Below, in pieces: positions 26,201-35,159 of a stretch of DNA of 64,000 nucleotides. The translations under genes were made by a program, and so were the position numbers. The DNA comes from Eledone cirrhosa. Taxonomy: Eukaryota. The notes below the pieces were generated by a model. The model saw only the letters and a program-made list of their open reading frames with translations, did not search any database and had not been told where the DNA came from. Each line of letters starts with the position of its first letter. Within the stretch, counting starts at the first letter, position 1. Where the stretch lies: NCBI GenBank assembly GCA_964016885.1, contig OZ024752.1, positions 23,808,001 to 23,872,000 on the forward strand, read 5' to 3'.

Positions 26201-28477
26201 CCATTTCTGTTCTTATGATACAACAAATCTTGTTTTAAAGATTTTGTGTTTAAATTACAACCTATTTATGTAAGAAACTTCAATTATGGTGTAAGCACTA
26301 GTTTAATAATGACAAAAGTTAGTTACTTTACTAAGTGATTCTAAACTTTCGATATTTTCCAAATTAATTGAAACATAAGCATAGTATTTCATTAGAAATA
26401 TGGTCAAATAAGGGTTAAAATGTGGGGTTTTTTTTGTATAAAAGGACCAAAAGCAAACTCTGGTTGTATGTGAGAAAGAAAGCCTGAGTATGTATGCATC
26501 TGCTCGTGAGGGTGCCTGGTTGTTTCAGCGCTTTAGCCTCGCCATCATCCACAGTGATGTTGCGAATGTGTTGGCTTGTCTCAAAAATTTCCATTGACCC
26601 TTGTGTTGCTGCAACTGATTATCGCACTTGGTGGTGAATTGATGGTCATTTTTGTTGATATTTTGTTTTTACTTTCTCTCGCTTTGATCATATATTTTGG
26701 TGCGTCACATTTGTGAGGTCCACAGCAATAATAAAATATGTTTATTATGTGTTTATATTTGTGTCTATATTTTTATTCTGAAAGAACTGTGAACCAGTGC
26801 CCCAGCATGGCCACAACCTGTCAGCTGGAACACATAATAGAGTAATAGAACGTAATAGTGTAATTTGTAATGTTATTTATACAACTATGAATAAAAGTTA
26901 ATGTACACAGCAAAATGAATAACCCTTGGTATACATACGTTGTTATGAGCTCCTCTCCAAATTAATCTATGAGTTGTCAACATCAAAGTTCCATTCTCAA
27001 AGGGAGTCTAGAATAAAACAAGAAGACAGAAAGGATTATTAGACAGTGTTGCCTTACATATAAAAAGGAGTGAGGGGGGGGGGGGGCGTATTGTATATCA
27101 TTTTGTGATGCTAACATATTGAGTAGGCTTCCTAATGTACAATAGTAATCATATAGATGTGTTAACTGCCAATGAGAGAGCTTCTAAGTGGACGCTGAAC
27201 CTACTAGAAATAGAACAATCTCCCTCAAATCACAGTCTACAGTCTTCAAAAAAGGAAGAGAACATAGATAACTTATCCAGTCGACAAGCTGAGGCCATGC
27301 TGGGGCACCGCCATAGTCAAAATCATAGTCCTTTTCAATCAGAAAATGTCTTTGATCATAGGGCTGCATCATCAAGCCTGACCGGAGGGAGGGGGGGGGG
27401 GGGGGGGGGGGCTCATAAAATAATATTTTAATAAGGAATACCTTACACTCACATACACCTAGCTTCTCCGACATGTGACCGGTTCTTGTCAGATGAACAG
27501 GCCACACATCGGAAAAACTCCAGAGTAATAAGGTACTTGATTAGCCTACATGTATGTAGGCTACCTTATTACTCTGGAGTTTTCCACACGTCTCATGGGC
27601 GGGCCGTCGGCGACTAAACCGACAACCCCACCAAACTAGCTTGGTGAGGAGGGTGATATTTGGACACCTTGCGGGATGAAATACAAGACTAGTCAAAGGG
27701 CGGAGGAACTCAGCAGTCAACGGCCATCCAAATAGTAGTTTTCTTTTTCTTTTTTTCTTTTTTCTTTAACCTGGGAGTGAAAAGACCCCAGTTGTTGTCA
27801 CAACACCTTTCTAGGAGAGGGAAACGTTGAAAAAAAAACCTGCGGCTTCAGAAGCATCCGATGATGTTGACCAGTTCTCCTTTTCGGGTAGTGTTTTCGA
27901 TGCTCAGAGAGTGGGATTGGTCGAATGCAAGGCCTTTCCCCACTTAAAGTACCTTCAAAGCGCCAGGCATTGCTTCTTCAGGATATGTTACAGGTTCGTG
28001 TGGCTGGCCGTAGCCTAAGGGTGCACCAAACTCTATAATCTGACAAGCGATTGCAATACTCTTAGCAGAGTTTGCAGTCATCATATATATATATATAGCA
28101 CATACATGTTAAGTGTATGAAACTTTGTTTACACTAAATAAGCCTTCTTCCAACAGATCGAGCACTTTCATTTACGGATTTCTACCAACGCATATATATA
28201 TATATATATATAACTTTGTGGCACAAAAACAAGAATCTGTGCAATACAGCTTTTGGTTAGGCGCCTATATAGTTTACTTTTGCGAAAGTAGAGTTGCTAT
28301 AATTGAGACGGGGAAAAGAAGATAATTATTTAAGTGTCAATACGAAAAAAAGAAAAAGAAAAACAGATAGAAATGACATGCCTTCTCTTGACCATCATAT
28401 AAAGCCACTCCACTTTTCTGAAAGACAAATACTTCATCTTCAGACAGCTGTCCGTCAGTCCACTCGAAACGATCCAT
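2119..28477 (-). CDS. VPS36: Vacuolar protein-sorting protein 36 (ESCRT-II subunit), 13 coding exons, 1155 nt / 384 aa
   Basis: Hand-spliced exons give a continuous frame [32 protein letters not shown]...HRLIWR...[38 protein letters not shown]...[21 protein letters not shown]...[15 protein letters not shown]...[12 protein letters not shown]...[14 protein letters not shown], recognisably VPS36. Exon lengths 96,69,71,115,84,123,78,135,66,65,85,77,91 sum to 1155, with consistent phases. Confidence 0.96.
2450..2526 (-). CDS. VPS36: VPS36 exon 12 ([26 protein letters not shown])
   Basis: tttccag acceptor, gttagt donor, 77 nt. Confidence 0.94.
3821..3905 (-). CDS. VPS36: VPS36 exon 11 ([28 protein letters not shown])
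   Basis: ctgcag acceptor, gtaaat donor, 85 nt. Confidence 0.94.
4196..4385 (+). mobile_element. tRNA-derived SINE with target-site duplication
   Basis: A-box-like TGGCAGTATCGG, B-box GTTCAAATCC, body gcctttcatcc...gtcgataaaataaagtaccag; attatatatacataca repeated on both sides (4177-4192, 4383-4398); sister copies at 33042 and 34367. Confidence 0.85.
4400..5072 (+). mobile_element. RTE LINE family B 3' fragment
   Basis: [14 protein letters not shown]...; 3'UTR with ccatgctagcatgg hairpin and (GAT)n tail. Confidence 0.88.
5573..5776. mobile_element. TTAA-type (piggyBac-like) MITE, degenerate left end
   Basis: Ends attaaaggg|TTAA; body homologous to 32060-32259. Confidence 0.7.
6341..6405 (-). 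CDS. VPS36: VPS36 exon 10 ([22 protein letters not shown])
   Basis: ttttag acceptor, gtaagc donor, 65 nt. Confidence 0.94.
7025..7090 (-). CDS. VPS36: VPS36 exon 9 ([22 protein letters not shown])
   Basis: tttcag acceptor, gtaata donor, 66 nt. Confidence 0.95.
7150..7400. mobile_element. Old RTE-like 3' fragments in inverted arrangement
   Basis: [14 protein letters not shown] on minus (ORF 7126..7317) and [11 protein letters not shown] on plus (ORF 7258..7467). Confidence 0.55.
8412..8546 (-). CDS. VPS36: VPS36 exon 8 ([23 protein letters not shown]...KKPIA)
   Basis: ttttcag acceptor, gtatgt donor, 135 nt. Confidence 0.95.
8790..9260 (+). mobile_element. Internally deleted RTE LINE remnant
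   Basis: MKVTERVLA...MQFGF.PGK.T.DAL...LYLAF joined to the aggaag..catccagcc motif and (GAT)n. Confidence 0.8.
9288..9425. repeat. ~57-bp AT-rich tandem repeat, ~2.5 copies
   Basis: tgatagttatgatatgaaatatatgatgatagttataatataaaatatttgataataa repeated. Confidence 0.8.
9442..9519 (-). CDS. VPS36: VPS36 exon 7 ([26 protein letters not shown]), GC donor
   Basis: ctgcag acceptor, 78 nt, GAG|GCAAGT donor. Confidence 0.93.
9849..10038. mobile_element. TTAA-type (piggyBac-like) MITE
   Basis: TTAA|cca tttagcat ... atgctaaaggg|TTAA: terminal inverted repeats with TTAA duplication. Confidence 0.8.
10093..10215 (-). CDS. VPS36: VPS36 exon 6 ([15 protein letters not shown]...[11 protein letters not shown])
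   Basis: ttgcag acceptor, gttagt donor, 123 nt; overlaps ORF 10039..10221. Confidence 0.94.
10412..11150 (-). mobile_element. RTE LINE fragment (PHD-finger region, RT C-terminus, 3'UTR)
   Basis: ORFs 10662..10925 and 10931..11404 ([21 protein letters not shown]); (CAT)n tail at 10412. Confidence 0.88.
12412..12616. mobile_element. TTAA-type MITE, degenerate right end
   Basis: TTAA|ccctttagt...; body homologous to the 9849 and 32060 copies. Confidence 0.7.
12650..13497 (+). mobile_element. Decayed RTE LINE family A 3' fragment
   Basis: Colinear with 57170-58070; contains stops and deletions; (GAT)n tail. Confidence 0.88.
13787..21470. repeat. 48-bp minisatellite (~160 units) with a 3282-bp higher-order duplication, in VPS36 intron 5
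   Basis: Unit gtaggagacatgacaaacagcacccagcacacactgtaaagtggttgt; 41- and 44-bp variants; diagnostic variants recur at +3282 (cagattgtagagagg 15831/19113; gtggtagtgt 14279/17561). Confidence 0.97.
21440..21616 (+). mobile_element. RTE-type 3' end continuous with the last minisatellite unit
   Basis: cactgtaaatgtgattggcattagaaagggcatccagccatagaa...cccatactagtgtggaaaatggacaaacgatgatgat. Confidence 0.82.
22001..22084 (-). CDS. VPS36: VPS36 exon 5 ([28 protein letters not shown])
   Basis: polypyrimidine-tgcag acceptor, gtaagt donor, 84 nt. Confidence 0.88.
22121..22585 (-). mobile_element. Non-autonomous Helitron in VPS36 intron 4
   Basis: Minus strand: A|TCTATATATATAAG...gtctgtctg 5' end; 3' cccgagcaacgccggg hairpin + CTAG|T; same 3' hairpin as 46209. 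Confidence 0.85.
22830..22944 (-). CDS. VPS36: VPS36 exon 4 ([18 protein letters not shown]...[13 protein letters not shown])
   Basis: ttccag acceptor, gtaaat donor, 115 nt. Confidence 0.93.
23845..24445. mobile_element. Two short RTE-related non-autonomous (SINE-like) copies in opposite orientations
   Basis: gtggttgg...ggcatcca motif plus ccatgctag-type 3' hairpin and (GAT)n tail: 23845-24075 (-), 24170-24445 (+). Confidence 0.6.
24596..24666 (-). CDS. VPS36: VPS36 exon 3 ([24 protein letters not shown])
   Basis: tttccag acceptor, gtaact donor, 71 nt, phase fits exon 4. Confidence 0.88.
25065..25540 (+). mobile_element. Cluster of RTE-related SINE-like remnants
   Basis: gtgctggttccacaataaaaagcacc module, repeated ggttgg..catccag motifs, and 3' hairpin/(GAT)n tail. 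Confidence 0.55.
25938..26418. mobile_element. Two adjacent diverged MITE-like copies ending aaggg|TTAA
   Basis: aacccttttc...atgaaagggttaa (25938-26163) and a related unit ending aagggttaa at ~26418. Confidence 0.5.
26939..27007 (-). CDS. VPS36: VPS36 exon 2 ([23 protein letters not shown])
   Basis: ttctag acceptor, gtatgt donor, 69 nt; THRLIW motif of the GLUE domain. Confidence 0.93.
27590..28084 (+). mobile_element. GC-richer, structured non-autonomous retroelement-like insert (RTE/RTEX-like UTR) in VPS36 intron 1
   Basis: Compositional shift; several hairpins (gtcgg..ccgac, caccaa..ttggtg, ctggg..cccag); ctaggagagggaaac motif recalled from RTE-type 5'UTRs; ends tcatcat before (TA)n. 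Confidence 0.4.
28382..28477 (-). CDS. VPS36: VPS36 exon 1 (ATG; MDRFEW...YDGQEK), GC donor
   Basis: ATG at 28477-28475; 96 nt; followed by AAG|GCATGT. Confidence 0.9.
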
Positions 28478-30024
28478 GTAATCGAAGGAAAACTTCCCAA
28501 TACTTTGTATATATATTTCTCTACAATAGTTGTTGACGAATACTAAATCGCTTAGTCACCACTGGATTAAAGGGAAGTAATTCTAAAGACTATAGAAGGA
28601 GTAACTAATGATCCTATCATCATAAGTTTATATTGGATAGTGTTAAGCGACGATTCAACTTTTAACGACTTATGATAAAAATACATTTTAGCCATGATCA
28701 ACAAACGTTTTATTTTTTTTTTGTTCTATGTTCCACTCTTAGTTTGTTTGTTTTTTAAACTAAATAATGTGATTCCAGTGAGATTTGGCAGCTATTTGTA
28801 GAAAATTGAACGATTGTGCAGCAAGAGGTTTCCCAGTGCTCCTCGCAATATTGTTATCTTTTGCTATGGTAGTGGCTCGTTTGTCCACCCCTATCGCCTG
28901 CTTTTTGTTGTATGTGGTCCTAAATGTGTGTATTACCTGCATATGTGTTGTTTTTTTCTCTTTCTTTTCGTTTCCTTTTCCTTTACATATATTATATTTG
29001 TTTGTGTTTTCGTTCTGTAATTATATTTTTTTATACTACTGTGAATAAAATTGTCCTTTATTTTATACTAGCTGAGCTACCCGGTGATACCCGGGTATTT
29101 TATGAAAGTTACAATATATATGGCACACATTACAAAATATGTGACCATTCAAATATGATTGCTGAATTTTAACCAACGTAGGAATTATAGCAGAATATTT
29201 ATTGCCGTTTGGTCAAAGTAAATCATCTAGATAAAAATATTAGTTTTTTCCAGTGGTGATTTTTGAATACTGCTCCCTATTACAATCAGCATATATAATA
29301 CTTTACTCATAGATGAATCATTAGGTATTTTGTCAGTGAAAAGGGCATGACCAAAAAATACATTTAGATTTTTTTTATTTATCATTTTCTTTCATTTTTT
29401 TTTTTTTTTTGCTCAATCTGAACCTCTGAAATTCAAACAGCATGTAGAGATTATTTTAAAAACCATAAATAAAATAAGAAAATAAATTTAGCATTGGTTT
29501 ATGATTGAATGAAGCATTTACTTACTAATTTCTGTAATTCGGGGAAAGTGTATTTAAATTTGTACACTGTAGCTTTCACCAATCTTTGCCTCTATGGCAG
29601 TAGGATCTTGTTTGAGGGAGATTTGTTTTCTATTTCTATTAGCTATACCAACAGTTATAGTGGCTCACGTGACATACATACACACACATGTATGTGTGTA
29701 AGACAGTTGTTTGTGATTTGAAATGGATTTTGCTAATATTTCTAGTAGATCGAGTTATCACATAGAACCATTCCTTTTTGCTTCATACATATATACATAC
29801 CTGAGAAAGTAAGGTTGGATTTGAAGGAAATTTGGCTGCTATTTCTACCCAACAAAGTCCTCACTTATACTACTTTATATAGCAGAGGTACCCGGGAATG
29901 CCTGCATATTCTTCCAAAGTAACACCATGCAGTAAATTTGCAGCTTCAGAATTCCTTGCAAACTACATGACTAAGGAATCAGGATCTGTGTGTATTGTCA
30001 TTGAATGAGGAATTACGACATTGC

Positions 30025-32720
30025 TCATTCCAAAGCCTCTGGATAAACAACATTCTTGGTTTTGCCCTGTGGTGTCACAATGAAGAGACAATCAGGGTTC
30101 CCAACCCTTGTTGTGCCAACATAGAGTTGATCATGTGAAAAGACAGGTTCTGCCAGATTCAAGCCAACTACTTTCAATGATTGCGCTTGAGATTTATTAA
30201 TGGTCATGGCAAAACTGAGCCTGATCGGAAATTGAAGTCTTTGAAATTCAAATGGCAAATCAGTTGACTTCAGAGGTATTCTGGGAATGAAACAATTGTC
30301 ACCAGCAAATTTTCCTGACATGACTGCAACTTCTAGAACATTGGACATCATAGTTTTGATGATGAGTCTTGTGCCATTACAAAGTTTTGGAGGATCCAGA
30401 TTGCGAAGTAGCATAACCGATGCTCCAAGCTTCAGTATCAGGTTGTGTGGAGGAATTCCAACTGTTCGAAAATTCAGTTGGATAGTTTACAACCTGGTCT
30501 TGAGAAGTGATTGTGTCAACTGATTTGTAGCATATTTTCTCCCGGTAACATCTCCAGCAGCCTTCTGTTGATTTCTTTCACAGCAACATTTTCAGGTGCT
30601 AAGATTGCTCATTCACAGAGCCATTTCGGATCACATTGCCTGGTCTGAATGTTTGGAAACACTCTGGCAATCAGTTCTTGTTCTGTGTCAATGATATGGC
30701 CAAATGACAACTGAATATGGTCATTGGAGACCTTTTCAAGAAATCCATTTCCAAATTTAAGTAGTTGGATGGCAAACTTACTGACACCTTTGTCACCAGT
30801 TAAGTGTACTCACAAGTTGGTTGTAAGGCTCAGTAGCTGAAAGTGGGGCCACAGATAGGATGTTTTCAGACAGGCATTGACCTGATCAGCTCGAGTCCCT
30901 CGAAGAATTACAGGCAGAGTTTGTCTGAAATCACCAGCAAGAACCATTGGCACTCCTCCCATTATGCAACTATTTTCATTCAGATCCCTTATTGTCCGGT
31001 CCAAAGCTTCAATTGCTCCTTTATGGCTCATAGTAGCTTCATCCCAAATTATCATCTTGCATGTTTGCAGAAGCTTGCCCATGGGTGAGTTCTTGTTGTT
31101 GCAAAAAGATTGTTCATGCCATGTGAGATCTATGGGCAGCTTAAACATGGAGTGTGCAGTTCTTCCTCCATCCAGAAGTGTTGCTGCAATGCTACTTGAA
31201 GCCACAGCAAGGGCAATATGCTGCTTTTGGCAAACTTTTGCAAGCAGGAGGTTTATGAGGAATGTCTTGCCTGTGCCAGCAGGAGCATCGATGACGAAAA
31301 GTCCTCCCCTGTCATTTTGAATGTTTTCGATGTTGTGGTAGGCATATTTCTGGTCATCCATCAATCGAGGTTCATTTTCAACCACAAACTTATGCAATGC
31401 TTGAATATCGTAGTTTGTCTCCTGAAAAATGTCTTGTGCTACCTCCATTTCTTCATCTGGCTTTGGCATCCCGCAGTTAGCTAATGTGTTATTCATTGCC
31501 TGAACGCGATGGGACAGGTCACAGAGAGCTTGATTATAAATCCTGGGGGTATATTCCATACACATATTGCCTTGATGTCTTCGGGCTAGGTGTAGATAGT
31601 CGTCTGACATTGTTTTTGTACTCCTGCCAGAGTAAATGAGCTTCATCAATTCCACATGCTGTGAGCATAATAGCAAATAATTGTCTTATTTGACTGGCTA
31701 CTTGAGTGATTGCTGCTTCTTCTAGGCACTTCTTCCAGTATCCATTGTTATGCAGGAGTCCATGCTGTTTACATACTTCTTGGTATGTTGCGCACTCCCT
31801 TCCTCTGAAACTCCTAAGATCCCCAAATGGCGTTGGTCCTCGAACAGTATGCAGAAGTAGCCGTAAATAAAAACATTCTCTGTTGTTGGGATGGACATTG
31901 TAAACACGCCAATAGCATCACTTGACTTGACTTCATGACCTTCCACTAAATGACCCTGCTTTCTTTGATTCCAGGTCTTGCAATTGGTCCAGGTGTAGTA
32001 TGTTGGGGCTTCAGCATATAGGAGGGATCGAGCAAATTCATCATTCTGGCAGAGTTTAACCCTTTAGTATTCACATTACTCTATATATGCTATTATATTT
32101 TCATGGTAAAGGCTTTACCGCGCATAATTATCTCCCATAATATTGAATCTAGAAGATTTTGAAAGTATTTATATTGAGAACACTACCTTAACATCAGTTT
32201 GAGCGACCAGTTACAACAGAAAGAGGTAGATAATTAAGGCCTGTTTGAACATTAAAGGGTTAAAGAAAGCAGTTAGTGTAGTGTCACGTGATGCTTGTGA
32301 CAACTGATGAGCAGTAATCTCAGTGAAGTACACTCTCTGTCCATTTTCCATATGGACTGCGAGGTTGACCACTGTTGGGTGGCGTTGGTGGATATCAAAC
32401 CCAAAGATTCGCCAGATAACTTCATTGCTGGAGATGTATCGACCTGTTTGATATCATTTGACCTGATCCAGCCCACCATCATGTGCTTGATTAGCATTTT
32501 GTCTCATTTGCTGCTGTTCCTTAATTTGTTGTTCTCGTGTAGCAACAGTCCTTTGTTCCCTTTCATCCAAATGGTGTGCTCGTGCTAAAGCTGTTTGGGC
32601 TCTGTTAGCAGCTAGACGGGCATGCCGAACTTCTTCACTTTCTTCAGATCGCTGTGTTTTCTTTCTCTTAGCCTCTGAAGATGACCTTCCATATAATGAT
32701 CTGGAACTTTTTCTAGGCAT
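30025..32720 (-). pseudogene. Helitron RepHel pseudogene (Pif1-family SF1B helicase + Rep C-terminal region), frameshifted and internally deleted
   Basis: DAPAGTGKT (Walker A), AATLLDGGRTAHSMFKLP, IIWDEATM, LAGDFRQTLPV, MLLRNLDPPKLCNGTRL, FAMTINKSQ, TKNVVYPE; TTLTAFFKLCQND is restored when the MITE is removed. Confidence 0.93.
32060..32259. mobile_element. TTAA-type (piggyBac-like) MITE inserted in the Helitron ORF
   Basis: TTAA|ccctttagtattca...tgaacattaaaggg|TTAA; excision restores the Helitron reading frame. Confidence 0.9.
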
Positions 32721-33041
32721 TTGAAGTGATATTATTACACACCACACAATAAAATAAAGTACCAGTAATGTACTGGAATAATTGCTGGCCTTGTGCCAAA
32801 AGTAGAAACAATTATTACACACCACACTCTTTCCGAAATAGAAACAACTATAGAATGTATCATTCACTCAGTAAAGTTGTTTTAAATGATCTCTTTATAT
32901 GAATGTATATTAGGTGTAATTAATTTTAGACGTATGTAGAAAATATTGAGATTTCAGATTGTATCCAAAAAAAACGACAAACATTACAAAAAAAATATTT
33001 TCTGTGTTAATTCAAGTAACAGCAGAAAATAATATATTCAC

Positions 33042-33226
33042 ATAATTGTTTCTACCTTTGGCACAAGGCCAGCAATTACCCAGTGCATTACTGGTACTTT
33101 ATTTTATCAACCCCGTAAGGATGAAAGGCAAAGTTAACCTTAGAGGGATTTGAACTCAGACCATAAAGGGCCGTAACTCTTTGCTGCAAAGCATGGCGAC
33201 CGACCCTCTACCGATACTGCCAATTC
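33042..33226 (-). mobile_element. tRNA-derived SINE (same family as 4196)
   Basis: Reverse complement of the 4196-4385 body; aaataatat on both flanks. Confidence 0.85.
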
Positions 33227-34366
33227 AAATAATATCTTTTTAAAATACGGTTTTTTTTTTTCGTCTGGTAAAAACATACATATATACAACTTCTATAAAA
33301 GCATCTGTTATTTCTTTAGACATATGTAGAAAATAAGCTTTGATGGTAACATATATCGTCTGCTAAAGAACGCCCCCCCCCCCCCCCCCCATAACACACA
33401 CATATGTGTGTGTAAATAAATATATAAACGCGGACACACGTTAGTTAAAGAATCCCTCCAATCAACCTCCCTCTCTCCTGCTTCTTCACTTTTTTTCTCT
33501 CTCCCATCTTTTCTCTTTTCTTATTGTCTTTTTCTCCCCATCCGCCTCACTCCCTTTCTCTTTCTCATCTCTCTTTCTTTCTCTCTCTTATCCTCTACAC
33601 AATAGCAAACAAAAAATAAATAATAAATAAATAAAAGTTAATGAACGCTTGCTACTTTCCCTCTCTCTCTCTCTCCCATCCCATTGCTCTCTCTTTATTT
33701 CTCTCTCACCCCCCCCCTCTCTACGGAATAAAGAACAAAAAATAAAGAAAAGATAAATAACGTTAAGGAAGCGGGGGAGTTAAAAAGTGTGAAAAAATAA
33801 TTCTCTCTCATCCCTTACTCTCTTTCTTTCTCTCTCTCCTATCTCCCACTCTCTCTCTCTCATCCCTTACTCTCTTTCTTTCGCTCTCACATCCCCTTAC
33901 TCTCTCTCTCTCTCATCCCCTTACTCTCTCTCCCATCTCCCACTCATCCCTTACTCTCTCTCTCTTTCTCTATTCCATGCCCCACTCTCTTATCTACAGA
34001 CTGGAGAACATAAAAAAACAAAATGGATGATCTCTTTTGCTATTCATTAGAAAATAAGATAAATTGATTTTAAATGAATTCCTTGCTTTGCAAAGTAAAA
34101 CTTTTTCGACCGTTACCTCTCCGAGTGTATAATGGATATGTGCATGTAATTTTGAGAAGTTTGGTCCGGTAGTTTGCTAGTTTTAGGCGGACACACAGAA
34201 TCGTAAACTTGCATTTATGTATCTTTAGATAGATAGATTTCCTTGTGCCACTGCAAATGTTTTGAAAAAGAACCTTGACAGTCAAGTTTGACTGTTTTAC
34301 TGGTTTCTGTCATTGAATTACGGCCACGCTGTGGCACTGACTTCGTGGGGTTAATTGATAGATAAA

Positions 34367-34544
34367 ATAATTATTTCTACTTTTGGCACAAGGTCAGGAA
34401 TTATCCAGTACATTACTGGTACTTTATTTTATCGACCCCGTAAGGACGAAAAGCAAAGTTAACCTCGGCGGGATTTGAACTCAGATCGTAAAGGGACGTA
34501 ACTATGCTGGAAAGCATGTCCGACCCTCTACCGATACTGCCAAT
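34367..34544 (-). mobile_element. tRNA-derived SINE (same family)
   Basis: Reverse complement of 4196-4385; ataaaataa flanking duplication. Confidence 0.85.
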
Positions 34545-34600
34545 AAAATAAAAACTATTCCAGTACTTATTGTATAGCTCTCAATTTGTTAAACTGGTAA

Positions 34601-34656
<56 letters not shown>

Positions 34657-34668
34657 TTAATATAGATG

Positions 34669-34719
34669 AGATTCTACAGGACTAGAACTGTTTCATTCTT
34701 TAGAAATCATCAGGAATCT
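34669..34719 (-). ncRNA. Type I hammerhead ribozyme motif (PLE family 1, inverted pLTR)
   Basis: Exact reverse complement of 34980-35030. Confidence 0.8.
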
Positions 34720-34979
34720 GGGTATCAAAAAATAAATATGGTATTTATAGGACTCTACAAGTGGTAGGAGAGGGTGAGGAGTGGGATGGGTGTAGGTCAT
34801 TGGTTGATAGAAAAGGGAATTCATTAAAAGCTAATTCTACAAAGCTATAGTTTATTTTTAATAAAAATAAACTATAGCTTTGTAGAATTAGCTTTTAATG
34901 AATTCCCTTTTCTATCAATCCTCACCCTCTCCTACCACTTGTAGAGACCTATAAATACCATATTTATTTTTTGATACCC

Positions 34980-35030
34980 AGATTCCTGATGATTTCTAAA
35001 GAATGAAACAGTTCTAGTCCTGTAGAATCT
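34980..35030 (+). ncRNA. Type I hammerhead ribozyme motif (PLE family 1)
   Basis: AGATTC-CTGATGA-tTTC taaa GAAt-GAAA-CAG ttctagtc CTG-TA-GAATCT: stem I 6 bp, short stem II, stem III, GUA cleavage triplet (after 35024). Confidence 0.85.
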
Positions 35031-35159
35031 CATCTATATTAAAACTTTTATACTCTGCAATGTATTGAGTACCTTACTTACTGTGGTTACCTCCGATTCA
35101 ACCCGAATAACGTACTTTTTAGCACTCTCTGTGCCCCTTATAACCATCATCAAGAAACC

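Larger units (their letters stand above)
29068..34237 (-). mobile_element. Decayed composite Helitron (Rep/Pif1 remnant)
   Basis: Minus-strand 3' end: acccgg..ccgggt hairpin + CTAG (29068); 5' end A|TCTATCTATCT...gtgtgtccgcc (34237); internal Rep/helicase remnants. Confidence 0.72.

Noticed and set aside
27596-27730. HDV-like ribozyme in the structured insert
   Set aside because: Several hairpins are visible, but I could not assemble the nested double pseudoknot by eye; a motif search is needed.
28760-29172. Short ORFs as a divergent gene sharing the VPS36 promoter
   Set aside because: T-rich low-complexity translations, no recognisable domain or splice structure.
30025-31676. Host PIF1 helicase gene
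   Set aside because: Intronless and broken by stops/frameshifts, adjacent to Rep-type motifs and Helitron termini: a transposon remnant.
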